The notes below the pieces were generated by a model. The model had not been told where the DNA came from. It was given only the letters and a program-made list of their open reading frames with translations, and did no database searches. Below are positions 20,188 to 30,024 of a stretch of 61,539 nucleotides of DNA, piece after piece. Every line of letters begins with the position of its first letter. Position 1 is the stretch's first letter. Position numbers and translations under genes: made by a program. This DNA comes from a virus (Duplodnaviria > Caudoviricetes), in IMG/VR virus record IMGVR_UViG_3300036851_000313, positions 1-61,539 of that record. The stretch is one strand, 5' to 3'.

Positions 20188-21219
20188 ATGGCGATTGCCC
20201 AGGTCCAGAAGCAGACGGGCTCATCGGCTGACACGTCGTCCGTCTCTGCGACGTTCGGCGCGGGCCCGACGCAGAACAACCTGCTGGTCGCCGTCTATCA
20301 CAGTAAGGACCACTACCCGACCACGCCGACCGGCTGGACGAAAGCCGCCGAGATTGAGTCGTGGGGCGTCCTCACCTGTTTCTATAAGACGGCGGGCGCA
20401 GCTGAGTCGTCCACGGTCACGGTCAGCGACGGGACCGGGACCAGCTACCAGTCGCTGACGATCCTCGAGTACAGCGGCATCACCACCACCACACCGCTGG
20501 ACAAGACGGCCACGGCGAGCAGCGGCGGCAATGTCACCACCTCGCAGGCCACCGGCACCACGGCGACTACCGCGCAGGCGGACGAACTGCTGATCGCCGC
20601 AGTCGGTGTCGAGTACGGGGCTGGCATCGTCTTCAACAACGCGTGGACCAACTCGTTCACCCAGCAGAGCAACGTCACGGGGAACCTTCTCAACGAGGAG
20701 GGGTCTACGACAGCGCACCGGATCGTGGCGGCGACCGGTACCTTCACGACCACCGAGACGTGGCTTAACAACGCCCGCTCCGAGGGCCTGATCGCCACGT
20801 TCAAGGCGTCATCTGACGGCACGGGCGCCACCGTCACGGCGGCCACTGTCGCGACCGTTGCTGCGGTTCCGGCGGCGACGGTGCGGGCGGGGGCCGTCGC
20901 GACACCCTCGGCGGTCGCAGCAACCGCCGCCGTACCCGCCGCTGCCGTGCAAGCTGGGTCCACGCTGACCCCGTCGACAGTGGTCGCAGTCGCGACGGTG
21001 CCGACAGCGGTCGTGTGGGGCCCGCCGACCGGGCTCACCGCCACCCCCGTGACGGCCAGCCAGATCGACCTGTCGTGGAACGCGCACCCGATGGCCACCG
21101 CCTACGACATCGAACGCGACGGGGTTGTCATCGCCACCGACGTGGGCACCACCAGCTACCAGGACACCGGCCTGGCCGGGTCCACCACCTACGACTACCG
21201 GGTCCGTTCCGTGCGCTGA
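20188..21219 (+). CDS. Ser/Thr-rich virion protein with Ala/Val/Thr repeats and a C-terminal FnIII-like domain
   Basis: PTGLTAT...IDLSW...YDIERDG...YQDTGL...YDYRVRS signature. Confidence 0.7.
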   Translation: MAIAQVQKQTGSSADTSSVSATFGAGPTQNNLLVAVYHSKDHYPTTPTGWTKAAEIESWGVLTCFYKTAGAAESSTVTVSDGTGTSYQSLTILEYSGITTTTPLDKTATASSGGNVTTSQATGTTATTAQADELLIAAVGVEYGAGIVFNNAWTNSFTQQSNVTGNLLNEEGSTTAHRIVAATGTFTTTETWLNNARSEGLIATFKASSDGTGATVTAATVATVAAVPAATVRAGAVATPSAVAATAAVPAAAVQAGSTLTPSTVVAVATVPTAVVWGPPTGLTATPVTASQIDLSWNAHPMATAYDIERDGVVIATDVGTTSYQDTGLAGSTTYDYRVRSVR

Positions 21220-21233
21220 GATGAGGTTGGACA

Positions 21234-21632
21234 TTGGCCGAGCTGCAGCCGCGGTACCCCGCGTGGTCGCCGGACCGGCAGTTCGACCCGCAGGAGCCGG
21301 TGTACGCGGAACGGTTTTGCGCCTGCGGCGGCATCTTCCGGATGCGCGCCCGCGCCGGCGACATGGGCATGCATGTGGCGTCGTTTGAGCACCGGCACTG
21401 GCAGTCGAACGGCGGGTTCCCGGGGAAGACGTGCGCGCCCGCGACGAAGGCTGAGGCGCTGGCGGAGCACGACCGGTTGGCGTTCGCGTCGCGGCTCGAG
21501 GCGACCACGAAGGCGGCGCAGGCGGAGGGGTTGGAGGGTGGGGAGCTGGCGGCGCGGGTGCAGGAGTTCGTCGCCTCGTACCAGCCGCGGCAACGGCCGA
21601 ACTTCGACGTCAACGCGTCAGCGGAAGACTAG
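21234..21632 (+). CDS. Hypothetical protein
   Basis: GAGG SD and TTG start. Confidence 0.55.
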   Translation: MAELQPRYPAWSPDRQFDPQEPVYAERFCACGGIFRMRARAGDMGMHVASFEHRHWQSNGGFPGKTCAPATKAEALAEHDRLAFASRLEATTKAAQAEGLEGGELAARVQEFVASYQPRQRPNFDVNASAED

Positions 21633-21644
21633 GGGGCGGTCAAG

Positions 21645-22076
21645 ATCGCGAACGCCATCTACGACAAGGCCCGCAAATCGTTCGCTGACGGCAACTTCGC
21701 GTGGTTGACGCAGAAGACCAAGTGGTATCTGGTGGACGCTGCGGACTACACCGTGGACCTGGTGAACCACGAGTTCCTGTCGTCGATTGCCGCCGCCGGT
21801 CGCGAGGAGTCCGTGCAGGTCTCTACGACGGGCCGCACGTCGGACACGGGTGTGCTCGACCACGCGGACATCACGTTCACCGCTGCGGCCGGCGACCCGT
21901 GCGAGTACCTGATCTGCGTGAAGGCCGCTGTCGCGGACGCTGACGCGGACCTAGCGGACACGGCGCAGCGGCTCATCATCTTCATCGACACGGCGACCGG
22001 CCTACCGGTGACCCTCTCCGGCGGAAACGTCGTGGTCGCGTTCGACTCAGGCACCAACAAGATCGCGAAAATCTGA
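21645..22076 (+). CDS. Virion fibre-associated protein (probable ATC start)
   Basis: Frame is open from ATC at 21645: IANAIYDKARKSFADGNFAW...IDTATGLPVTLSGGNVVVAFDSGTNKIAKI. Confidence 0.6.
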   Translation: MANAIYDKARKSFADGNFAWLTQKTKWYLVDAADYTVDLVNHEFLSSIAAAGREESVQVSTTGRTSDTGVLDHADITFTAAAGDPCEYLICVKAAVADADADLADTAQRLIIFIDTATGLPVTLSGGNVVVAFDSGTNKIAKI

Positions 22077-22078
22077 CC

Positions 22079-22219
22079 TTGGAGGTGTCGCGGCGCGGGT
22101 TCCTCGGCATGGCCGCGGCGTTCCTGTTGCCGCTGCATCACCGTCCCGACCACAAGCCGGGCCCGTCGCCCACACCGACCGACGGCGTCTACGCGGACGT
22201 GTACTCCGACACGTACTGA
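22079..22219 (+). CDS. Micropeptide with a twin-arginine-like motif
   Basis: MEVSRRGFLGMAAAFLLPLHHRPDHKPGPSPTPTDGVYADVYSDTY* fills the intergenic gap. Confidence 0.45.
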   Translation: MEVSRRGFLGMAAAFLLPLHHRPDHKPGPSPTPTDGVYADVYSDTY

Positions 22220-22233
22220 GGGGTGGGTGACGG

Positions 22234-23502
22234 ATGGCGCTGCTGCCGACGAACGTCGCGGGCGGGCAGACCGGTCACCTCAGCCACAGCAACCAGGCGT
22301 ACAAGAAGCTCAACAACGCCTGGGTCGATGCGGTCGCCGACTTCGCGGCGGTCGGTGACGGCGCGGCCGACGACACCACGGCGGTGCAGAACGCGTTGAA
22401 CGCGACCCCGCAATACGGCACCTGCCTGATGGGTCGGCACAAGATCACCGCGACGTTGTCGCTGCCCCGCGCGATGCGGCTGCTGGGCACCGAACACGAC
22501 TCCGGCCTGTACGCGTCCGGCTCCAACTTCTGGTTCTTCGACCCCACCGGGTACGACTACCTGGAGGCCGAGAACCTCACGTTCGACGGGAACTACCCGA
22601 CCCGCACCTCCGGCACCGGGTTCGCCCTGTCCGGCTTCACCAACGTCACGTTCCGCAACTGCGCGTTCAAGAACATCCCCGAGCACGGCATCACCCTCAC
22701 GAACTGCCAGCACGTGCGGATCAAGGACTGCGTGTTCGACAACCTGAAAACCGCCGGGGTGTACGTGCTCGACCCCGGCGCCGGGAACACAAGCTCCGAC
22801 ATCTGGATCGAGGACAACTTCTTCAACAACTGCCAGGCCGGTCGCACCGCAGGGAACGCCGCGATCCAGACCTTCGGCACCGCCGTCGGCACAATCACCC
22901 GCCTGCACATCCTCCGGAACCGGATCAAAATCCCCGGCCTGGACGGGGTCGGGATCGGGCTGGACTACGCAGAGCACTCCGACATCGTCGGCAACAAGGT
23001 GGAGGGGGCGATCCCGCACAGCCCGGACGGCAACGGGGAGAACATCGTCGCCACCGGCCGGTTCAACAAGGTGCTCGACAACGAGGTGTGGAACGCGGGC
23101 GGCTCGTCGGGGATCATGACGTTCTGCCTCACCGGGAAACGCGACGGCGAGGGCACCATGATCCGGGGGAACCACTGCTGGGACTGCAACGGCGCCGGGA
23201 TCGTGGTCACCTCCTGGTCGGACAACCTGGCGTTGAAGGACTTCGACATCTCCCACAACCGCTGCTGGAACACCGGGGTGCGCACCGGCGGGGACGCGCA
23301 GGACCTCGGCTTCCAGGAGTATTGGGGCGCCGGGGTCACGACGGGTGTGACGTGGGCCGGTTCCCGGCTGGCGCACAACGACTTCCGTGGGAACACGAAC
23401 CCTTCCGGGTATCTGCTCGCCTCACCGTCGTCGGGGCTGCTGCGGGTCGCGAACATCCTCACCGGCACCACGATGGACTTCGCCACCGCCAGCATGACGT
23501 GA
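22234..23502 (+). CDS. Right-handed beta-helix (pectate-lyase-like) tailspike/depolymerase
   Basis: AVGDGAADDTTAVQNALN motif followed by Asn-ladder beta-helix repeats. Confidence 0.8.
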   Translation: MALLPTNVAGGQTGHLSHSNQAYKKLNNAWVDAVADFAAVGDGAADDTTAVQNALNATPQYGTCLMGRHKITATLSLPRAMRLLGTEHDSGLYASGSNFWFFDPTGYDYLEAENLTFDGNYPTRTSGTGFALSGFTNVTFRNCAFKNIPEHGITLTNCQHVRIKDCVFDNLKTAGVYVLDPGAGNTSSDIWIEDNFFNNCQAGRTAGNAAIQTFGTAVGTITRLHILRNRIKIPGLDGVGIGLDYAEHSDIVGNKVEGAIPHSPDGNGENIVATGRFNKVLDNEVWNAGGSSGIMTFCLTGKRDGEGTMIRGNHCWDCNGAGIVVTSWSDNLALKDFDISHNRCWNTGVRTGGDAQDLGFQEYWGAGVTTGVTWAGSRLAHNDFRGNTNPSGYLLASPSSGLLRVANILTGTTMDFATASMT

Positions 23503-23513
23503 GGTAAGTTGCC

Positions 23514-26500
23514 GTGGCCATCGCTCACGTCTCCTCGACGGGTTCGCCCTTAGCGAGTGCGATGGGCTCGACGTCGATGGCGATCGCCTACCCGACGGGT
23601 GTAGCCGCTGGTCGCTTGGCGATCATCCACGGGTCGGTCAAACTGTCCTCCTCGACGTGGGGTGCGGTCTCCGGGTGGACCCTGATCGGTGAGGCCACCG
23701 GCGGCACCGGTACGTCAGCAAACGACGCAGGCACTACCCGGGTCGGTTTGTGGGCGCGGGTGCTGGACGGCACCGAGACCGGTTCGGTGACGGTAACGAA
23801 TACCGGCGGGGTGTCCTGCGCCGGGGCGATGACGATCCTGTCGAACGCCACCGGCAGCTGGGATTACGCCACGTTCGTGACCGGGGCGGACACCACCCAC
23901 GGTGCAAACTGGTCAGCGACGTGCGGGGCGTGGGGCTCGGCGTTGGCCGCGAACGACTGGGTGTACGTGGCGAACTCCACCGACACCGACATCGCGCAGT
24001 CGATCACGGCGCCGGCTCTAACCCAGACCGGGGCCACGTTCGGGACGTTTACGCTGCGCAACCGGCGGCTGTCCACCACTGGCACCGACTCCGGCGCCTA
24101 CGCCTGGACCGCATCGGTCACCACCGGATCATCGAATGCACCGACCTGGACACACACGTCCACCACCTCAACATGTGGCGCCACCATCGTGGCGCGTATC
24201 CGCGAGGTCACCCCGCCGGTCAGCCCGAAGAGTATTACCAGCCCGAACACTCCGAATCAGCTTGTCGGGTTGGCGGGCTGGTACCGGGCTGGGTCCGGTG
24301 CCGGGGTCGCATCAAACGACCCGGTCGATCTGTGGCCGGACCAGTCAGGAAACAACCGGGACCTCGCCCAGACCGACACTACGAAACAACCCACTTACCA
24401 GACCGCGGTAGTCAACGGGAAACCGGTCATCCGGTTCGACGGCACCACCGACGTGCTGGTGGCGACGCGCACCTCCGAGACCACCATCTGGCTCACGATC
24501 GTGGCCAGGCGTCGCACCGCCACCGTCAACGGGGCACGGCTGCTGATGTTGCGTCCCGAGTTCGGCACCTCCGGGTTCGGCGGCCCCGAGGCCGGCTCGG
24601 TCTGGAACTGGTTCCTGAACGAAGACAGTACAGTGCGGGACCTGGGCGGCACGGTCACCAACTGGACCATCCTCACCGTCGTCCTCGCGTCCCCGTCGTC
24701 GGCGACGATCTGGCGGGACGGCGCGTTCGTCGCCACGTTCGACCCGATCGACCACTACACGTCCAACCCGGCGCTGGTGGTGGGTGCCGCGACCGACGCC
24801 GCACCGGTGGACCTGCCCGGTGATTATGACGTCGCCGAGATCTTTTACTACAACCGGGTCCCGGCCGAACGGGAACGCTCGGAGCTGCACTCGTACCTGC
24901 AGGACGAGTACGGCATCACCGTCGCCGACTACACGGCACAACTGGTCGGCCAGCCGACGATCACGACCACGGCACCTGCGGGGGCCATCACTTTCCCGGG
25001 CATCCCTGCGCCGGGCTCGTACGAGGACACGTACAGCGACACGTACGAGGCGGAGGTCAACCAGCCGACCGTCACCGGCGGCACGCAAACCGTCGTACTG
25101 CAGGGCCTAGGGATCCCGTCCGCGGAGGCGATCCCGGCACCGACGGTGACGGTGCCGCCGACCAGCCCGGCCCCGGCCACTGTGGCGGCAACGGCATCCG
25201 CTCCGGCGGTGACGGTCGCCGCGGGGGCGGTGCCGACCCCGACGACGGTCGCGGCGACAGCAGGGGTCCCAGCGGCGGCCGTCGTCGTCAGCGCTGCCGC
25301 GGCTCCGGCCACGGTCGCAGGAACTGCGGCCGTCTCGTCACCGACCGCAGCGGCGGGCGCGACCGCGACACCGGCCACCATCGCCGCCACCGCGACGGTG
25401 CCTGCCGTCACCATCCAGGCGGGAGCCGTCGCCACACCGGCGACGGTGGTAGTTGCGGCGGCGGTCCCGGCGCCGGTCGTCCAGGCGGGCAACGTTCCCG
25501 CGCCTACCACAGTGGCCGCGGCGGCCGCGATCCCCGCGGTCGCGGTCGAGACCGGCGCCACCTTGCTGGCCGCCGCGGTCGCCGCGGCCGCTTCGGTGCC
25601 AGCGGTTACGGTGGCCGCCGGTTCCGTCGTCACGCCGGACACGGTGGCCGCGTCGGTGACCGTTCCGGCGCCGACGGTCACCACCGGCGGCCGGGACGTG
25701 TCGGACTGGTCCCCGGTCGTCTCGGCCACCACCCAGGCGGGCACTCCGGCCCCCGCCACTGTCTCGGGTGTAATGGCTATCCCGGCCGTCACGGTGCAGG
25801 CCGGGGCGGTGGCGACCCCAACCACAGCGAGCGCGGTCGCAGCGATCCAGTCGGTCATACTCGAGGCCGGGGTCACGCTCGCCCCGGCCACGGTCGGCGC
25901 CGCGGCTGCGGTGCCGGCGCCCACGGTGGTCACGGGCAACGTGCCCGCCCCGGCTACGGTCACTGCGGTCGCGAGCGTCGGCGCGGCCACGGTCACCACG
26001 ACGGCGCTGGTCACCCCTGCGACGGTCGGGGCGGTCGCCTCGGTTCCCGCCGCGGCGGTCGCCGCGGGCGCGGTGTCAACACCGGCCACGGTCACAGCAA
26101 CAGCGGGCGTCCCTGCGGTCGGCGTGGTGGCGGGTGTCACCCTCGCCCCGGCCACGGTGGCGTCCACGTCCACCGTGCCCACCGTCACGGTCGTCACCGG
26201 GAACGCCCCCACCCCGCAGACCGTCACCGCCGTAACCACGGTCGGCGCGGCCACCGCCCAGACCGGTGCCACCGCCACCGCCGCGACTGTCACCAGCACA
26301 GCGGCCATACCGGCCCCGGCCGTGATCGCCGTGACCCAGGCGGCGCCGCCCACCGTCGCAGCCACAGCAAGCATCGCCACCCCGACCATCACGACCACCG
26401 CGGTGGTACTGCCCGGCACCGTCCAGGCGGTCGCTGCGGTCCCAGCCCCGGCGGTGACCATCGGGGCCACTGCGTCACCGGCCACAGTGGCTGGGACCGC

Positions 26501-26762
26501 CGCGGTGCCGACGCCGACGATGCGGCTTAGCGCGGAACCGGTCACGGTCACCGCCGTGGCTGCCGTATCGGCAACCCTGGTGCAGACCGGGGTGCTCCTG
26601 CTCGCCGCCACCGTCGCTGTCGTCGCCTCGGTTGGCGAACCCGTCGTTGTCGTGGCCGTTCCCGCTCGCGGCGCAGCGCGCCCGGTGAACCGCAGCGCTG
26701 TCACAACACCCGGCCGCAGCAGTATCACCGTCCTCGACCGCTCGGAGGTGAACCTGCGGTGA
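23514..26762 (+). CDS. Large fibre/adhesin: N-terminal Ser/Thr domain, LamG/concanavalin-like domain, long Ala/Val/Thr/Pro repeat stalk
   Basis: WPDQSGNNRDL...NGKPVIRFDG...DVAEIFYYNR LamG-like motifs; many PATVAA-type repeats. Confidence 0.72.
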   Translation: MAIAHVSSTGSPLASAMGSTSMAIAYPTGVAAGRLAIIHGSVKLSSSTWGAVSGWTLIGEATGGTGTSANDAGTTRVGLWARVLDGTETGSVTVTNTGGVSCAGAMTILSNATGSWDYATFVTGADTTHGANWSATCGAWGSALAANDWVYVANSTDTDIAQSITAPALTQTGATFGTFTLRNRRLSTTGTDSGAYAWTASVTTGSSNAPTWTHTSTTSTCGATIVARIREVTPPVSPKSITSPNTPNQLVGLAGWYRAGSGAGVASNDPVDLWPDQSGNNRDLAQTDTTKQPTYQTAVVNGKPVIRFDGTTDVLVATRTSETTIWLTIVARRRTATVNGARLLMLRPEFGTSGFGGPEAGSVWNWFLNEDSTVRDLGGTVTNWTILTVVLASPSSATIWRDGAFVATFDPIDHYTSNPALVVGAATDAAPVDLPGDYDVAEIFYYNRVPAERERSELHSYLQDEYGITVADYTAQLVGQPTITTTAPAGAITFPGIPAPGSYEDTYSDTYEAEVNQPTVTGGTQTVVLQGLGIPSAEAIPAPTVTVPPTSPAPATVAATASAPAVTVAAGAVPTPTTVAATAGVPAAAVVVSAAAAPATVAGTAAVSSPTAAAGATATPATIAATATVPAVTIQAGAVATPATVVVAAAVPAPVVQAGNVPAPTTVAAAAAIPAVAVETGATLLAAAVAAAASVPAVTVAAGSVVTPDTVAASVTVPAPTVTTGGRDVSDWSPVVSATTQAGTPAPATVSGVMAIPAVTVQAGAVATPTTASAVAAIQSVILEAGVTLAPATVGAAAAVPAPTVVTGNVPAPATVTAVASVGAATVTTTALVTPATVGAVASVPAAAVAAGAVSTPATVTATAGVPAVGVVAGVTLAPATVASTSTVPTVTVVTGNAPTPQTVTAVTTVGAATAQTGATATAATVTSTAAIPAPAVIAVTQAAPPTVAATASIATPTITTTAVVLPGTVQAVAAVPAPAVTIGATASPATVAGTAAVPTPTMRLSAEPVTVTAVAAVSATLVQTGVLLLAATVAVVASVGEPVVVVAVPARGAARPVNRSAVTTPGRSSITVLDRSEVNLR

Positions 26763-27433
26763 GCCCCGTCGTGTATTGGATCGACAAGACCGTCGTCATC
26801 GACTGGTCACTCAAGAAGCTCGACGGCACCGCCGCGGCCGGCGCCACCGTCACCGCGACGATGGTGAAACCGGACAACACCACCGCCGCCGGGGACATCC
26901 TCGAGGTCGGCCCCGCGGACGACGGTGGTCGGCTGTACCGCATCTCCTACGACCCGCTGGACGCCGGGTTGTGGGTGGCTCGGCTCAAGGCCACCGGCAC
27001 TGCGGACTCCGCGGACCAGGTCGACTTCTACGTCCGCCCCAATCTGCTCGGCGTCGCGGCGAACACGTACGACCCCGCGACGGACCGCGGATATGTGCGG
27101 TTGCTCATCCCGGACACCGACGTGCACGACCCGACCCGGGTCATCTTCACCGACGCCGAGATCGACGCGTTCCTGACCCGTCAAGCGTCCGATGTGCGGC
27201 TGGCCGCCGCGCAGGCGCTGGACACCATCGCCTCCGACGAGGCCCTCGTCTCCAAGAAGATCAAGACGCAGGATCTGTCCACCGACGGCCCGGCAGTGGC
27301 GAAGGAACTGCGGGAGCGCGCGTCGGAGCTGCGGCGGCAGGTCGCCGAGGGCGACGCCGACGATTCGGGCGGCTTCCACATCGTGGAGTACGACCCGTCA
27401 GCGTGGCTTACGGCTGCGGAGCTGGCGGAGTAG
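26759..27433 (+). CDS. Head-tail adaptor with an extra N-terminal Ig-like domain
   Basis: C-half VRLLIPDTD...IFTDAEIDAFL...AAAQALDTIA; beta-rich N-half. Confidence 0.7.
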   Translation: MSPVVYWIDKTVVIDWSLKKLDGTAAAGATVTATMVKPDNTTAAGDILEVGPADDGGRLYRISYDPLDAGLWVARLKATGTADSADQVDFYVRPNLLGVAANTYDPATDRGYVRLLIPDTDVHDPTRVIFTDAEIDAFLTRQASDVRLAAAQALDTIASDEALVSKKIKTQDLSTDGPAVAKELRERASELRRQVAEGDADDSGGFHIVEYDPSAWLTAAELAE

Positions 27434-27436
27434 CGC

Positions 27437-27856
27437 ATGCGCCGCGCCCACGTTCTGCACCCCGACTGGAGCTCGCACCACCGACCCACCGCGGCCGCCA
27501 CCATGTCGGCCACCTGCGACATCACCCGCGACGGCACCGGGGACGGCATCTTCGACCCCGCCACCGGCAAGACCACCCCGCCCCCGCGGGTTACCGTCGC
27601 CGCCGACGCGCCGTGCCGGGTGCAACGCTCCGCGTTCCCCGAACAGGCCAGAGCGCAGGCCGAGCAGGTCATCACCACCCGCACCTACCTCGTTGCCCTC
27701 CCGCACGACGTGCCCGAGCCGAAGGTCGACGACCTGGTGGAGATCACGGCCAGCGTGGACGCCGACCTGGTCGGCCGCAGCCTGCGCGTTCTCGACGTGC
27801 GGTACGCGTCCGAGCAGTGGCAGCGGGACCTGATCTGCCAGGACGACCTCGGCTGA
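27437..27856 (+). CDS. Head-tail stopper (DUF6093-like)
   Basis: Position plus TCDITR...FDPATG...PCRVQ motif. Confidence 0.7.
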   Translation: MRRAHVLHPDWSSHHRPTAAATMSATCDITRDGTGDGIFDPATGKTTPPPRVTVAADAPCRVQRSAFPEQARAQAEQVITTRTYLVALPHDVPEPKVDDLVEITASVDADLVGRSLRVLDVRYASEQWQRDLICQDDLG

Positions 27857-27870
27857 GAGGAGGAGGCGAC

Positions 27871-28230
27871 GTGGCCGCATTCGACATGGACGCCGCCGAG
27901 CTGCGGTCCCTCGCCGTCGACCTCGGCCGCGCCGCGCCAGCGGCGATCACACAGTCCCGGGTGATCGTGCAGAAGACCGGCCACGGTTTCGTCGCCGACG
28001 CGCAGGCGTTCGCCCCGGTCGACACCGGGTTCCTGCGCTCCAGCATCGGCGTCGACTTCCACGGCGACGGGCTCGGTTTCGACGCCGGGCCCACCGCCTC
28101 GTACGGACACTTCGTCGAGGGGGGCACCTCGCGGATGGCGCCGCAGCCGTACGTGCGGCCCGCCTGGGACCGCCGCGTCCCCCAAGCCGTCGAGGCGTTC
28201 GAGCAGATCGGCGGGCGGGTGCTGCCGTGA
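27871..28230 (+). CDS. HK97 gp10-like tail component
   Basis: APVDTGFLRSSI...YGHFVEGGTSRMAPQPYVRPA; GGAGGAGG SD. Confidence 0.85.
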   Translation: MAAFDMDAAELRSLAVDLGRAAPAAITQSRVIVQKTGHGFVADAQAFAPVDTGFLRSSIGVDFHGDGLGFDAGPTASYGHFVEGGTSRMAPQPYVRPAWDRRVPQAVEAFEQIGGRVLP

Positions 28231-28661
28231 CCGTCACCGCGGAGGCCCGCACCCACAAGGACGCCATCCTCGCCCTCATCGACGCCATCGCCGGCCTCAA
28301 CACCTACGACGCCGAGGTGCCGGAGACCCCGCCGCTCGACCCGGACGGACGGGTACACCCCTACGCGGTCATGTGGGGCGACATCGGCACCCGCGTCAAC
28401 TCGTCCCTCGCCCTGAACAGCGTCGACATGGACTGGCCGTTCCAGGTGACCTGCGCCGGCGGGGACATCGACCGGTGCCTGTGGGCCGTGGACAAGGTGT
28501 GCGCCGCGCTGGTCGACGTGTCCCCGACAGTGGCGGGCCGGTCGGTGTGGCCGATCCGGCAGGAGGCCGCCGGCCCCGACAAGCCGATCCGGGACGACCG
28601 GATACAGCCCCCGCGCTGGTACGTCCCGCTGCTGTTCCGCACCTACTCCACGCCCGCCTGA
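28227..28661 (+). CDS. Tail terminator
   Basis: Position plus PYAVMW...FQVTCAG motif. Confidence 0.65.
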   Translation: MTVTAEARTHKDAILALIDAIAGLNTYDAEVPETPPLDPDGRVHPYAVMWGDIGTRVNSSLALNSVDMDWPFQVTCAGGDIDRCLWAVDKVCAALVDVSPTVAGRSVWPIRQEAAGPDKPIRDDRIQPPRWYVPLLFRTYSTPA

Positions 28662-28730
28662 TCATCCGCCGCTCACGGCCGCCGACCTCGTCGCGCGGCC
28701 GTTCCCGTATGCCCCGACGAGGAGACTCGG

Positions 28731-29450
28731 ATGGCACTACTCGCCAAGCAGCAGATCGGCATCACCGGCGCGGCCGTCACCTACAGCGCCGCCGCCGCCT
28801 CAGACACGGTCGAACCGGACGACCGGGCGTTCTACCACGTGAAGGTCGGCACCACCGCCACCACCGTCACCGTCGTGGTGCCCGGCTCCCAGTACGGGCA
28901 GGCCCGGCCCGACGTCGCGGTCGGTCCGCTCACCAGCACGGACCGGTTCATCGGTCCTCTCATCGCGGATCTCGCCGACCCGGCCACCGGGCTCATCACC
29001 ATCCAGCACTCGCAGATCACCAGCGTGACCGGCGCCCTGATCCGGATCTGACAGGAGCGAGCTGAAATGCCGAACGAGTTCGTGAAGATGCGGAACCCGG
29101 CCAACGGCAGCGTCGATGAGATCCCTGCCGGGGCCGCCGACGCCTACGAACGTAAAGGATTCGAGCGGCTCACCGGCGCCCGCTCCTACGCGCAGGCCGA
29201 CCAGGAACGGGTCGAAGCCGAGCTCGCCGCCGAGGCCGAGCTGGCGCGCGCCGGGGATGCGGCCGAGGACATCGCCGAAACCGTCGATGAACGCACCGTC
29301 GATCAGGTGCTCGCCGACGTGGGCAACGACCCCGACCTCGCGCAGGCCGCGCTCACTGCGGAATGGGCCGGCCGGAACCGCTCCACCCTCACCGCCCAGC
29401 TCGAACACATCATCGCGGCCGGTCAGACCGGCGACACCGAGGAGGACTGA
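28731..29450 (+). CDS. Two hypothetical structural-region proteins (28731-29051, 29067-29450)
   Basis: Each has a clear SD (GAGGAG, AGGAG). Confidence 0.65.
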
Positions 29451-29453
29451 CCC

Positions 29454-29936
29454 GTGGCCGATCTCGTTTCCGACGGCAAGATCCGCGTGTATTGGGTGCC
29501 CGGCACCGGCGGCATCGCCAACAAGGCCGCCCCCACTGTCGCCGAACTCAACGCGGGGACGCGGCTCGATCAGACGATGACCCCCGACGGGCTCGACATC
29601 TCCTTCGCCACCGCCGAGGTCGACAACTCGGCGCTGTCGTCCACGTTCGACACCCGCAAGGCCGGGCGGCGCACCCCCACGATCGGGGTGACGGTGAAGG
29701 CGCAGGACGGCACCGACACCATCCTCGGGCTACTCACCTACCAGGCGGAGGGCTACCTCGCGGTGCGCCGCAACATCGACGCGTCCACGGCGTGGGCGTC
29801 GACGCAGAAGGCCGAGGTGTTCCCGGTGCAGTGCGGCATGCGGTCTAAGGCATACGGGCCGAACACAATCCAGCGTTTCACGGTCAACCTCTTCTGCACG
29901 GCTGATCCGGACGACAACGCCACCGTCGCCGCTTGA
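29454..29936 (+). CDS. Major tail protein
   Basis: APTVAELNAG...EVFPVQCG motif; precedes the chaperone and tape measure. Confidence 0.82.
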   Translation: MADLVSDGKIRVYWVPGTGGIANKAAPTVAELNAGTRLDQTMTPDGLDISFATAEVDNSALSSTFDTRKAGRRTPTIGVTVKAQDGTDTILGLLTYQAEGYLAVRRNIDASTAWASTQKAEVFPVQCGMRSKAYGPNTIQRFTVNLFCTADPDDNATVAA

Positions 29937-30024
29937 TCCACACCCACGAGTAGCGGGCCCGGTCACCCTAGCCGGGCCGGGCCCGCGCTTCATCTGTCGG
30001 CTAGGGCAACGGCTAGGAGACCCG

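Noticed and set aside
21630-21632. Genome-wide stop-codon reassignment
   Set aside because: Other genes end normally at TAG and TGA, and there is no suppressor tRNA.
25140-26660. CRISPR array or diversity-generating retroelement repeats
   Set aside because: The repeats are degenerate protein-level repeats. I recognised no constant repeat/spacer pattern and no reverse transcriptase.
24929-26728. Long antisense ORFs (also 10153-12129, 17214-18740, 31219-32799)
   Set aside because: These are shadow frames of real + strand genes in high-GC DNA with no recognisable motifs.
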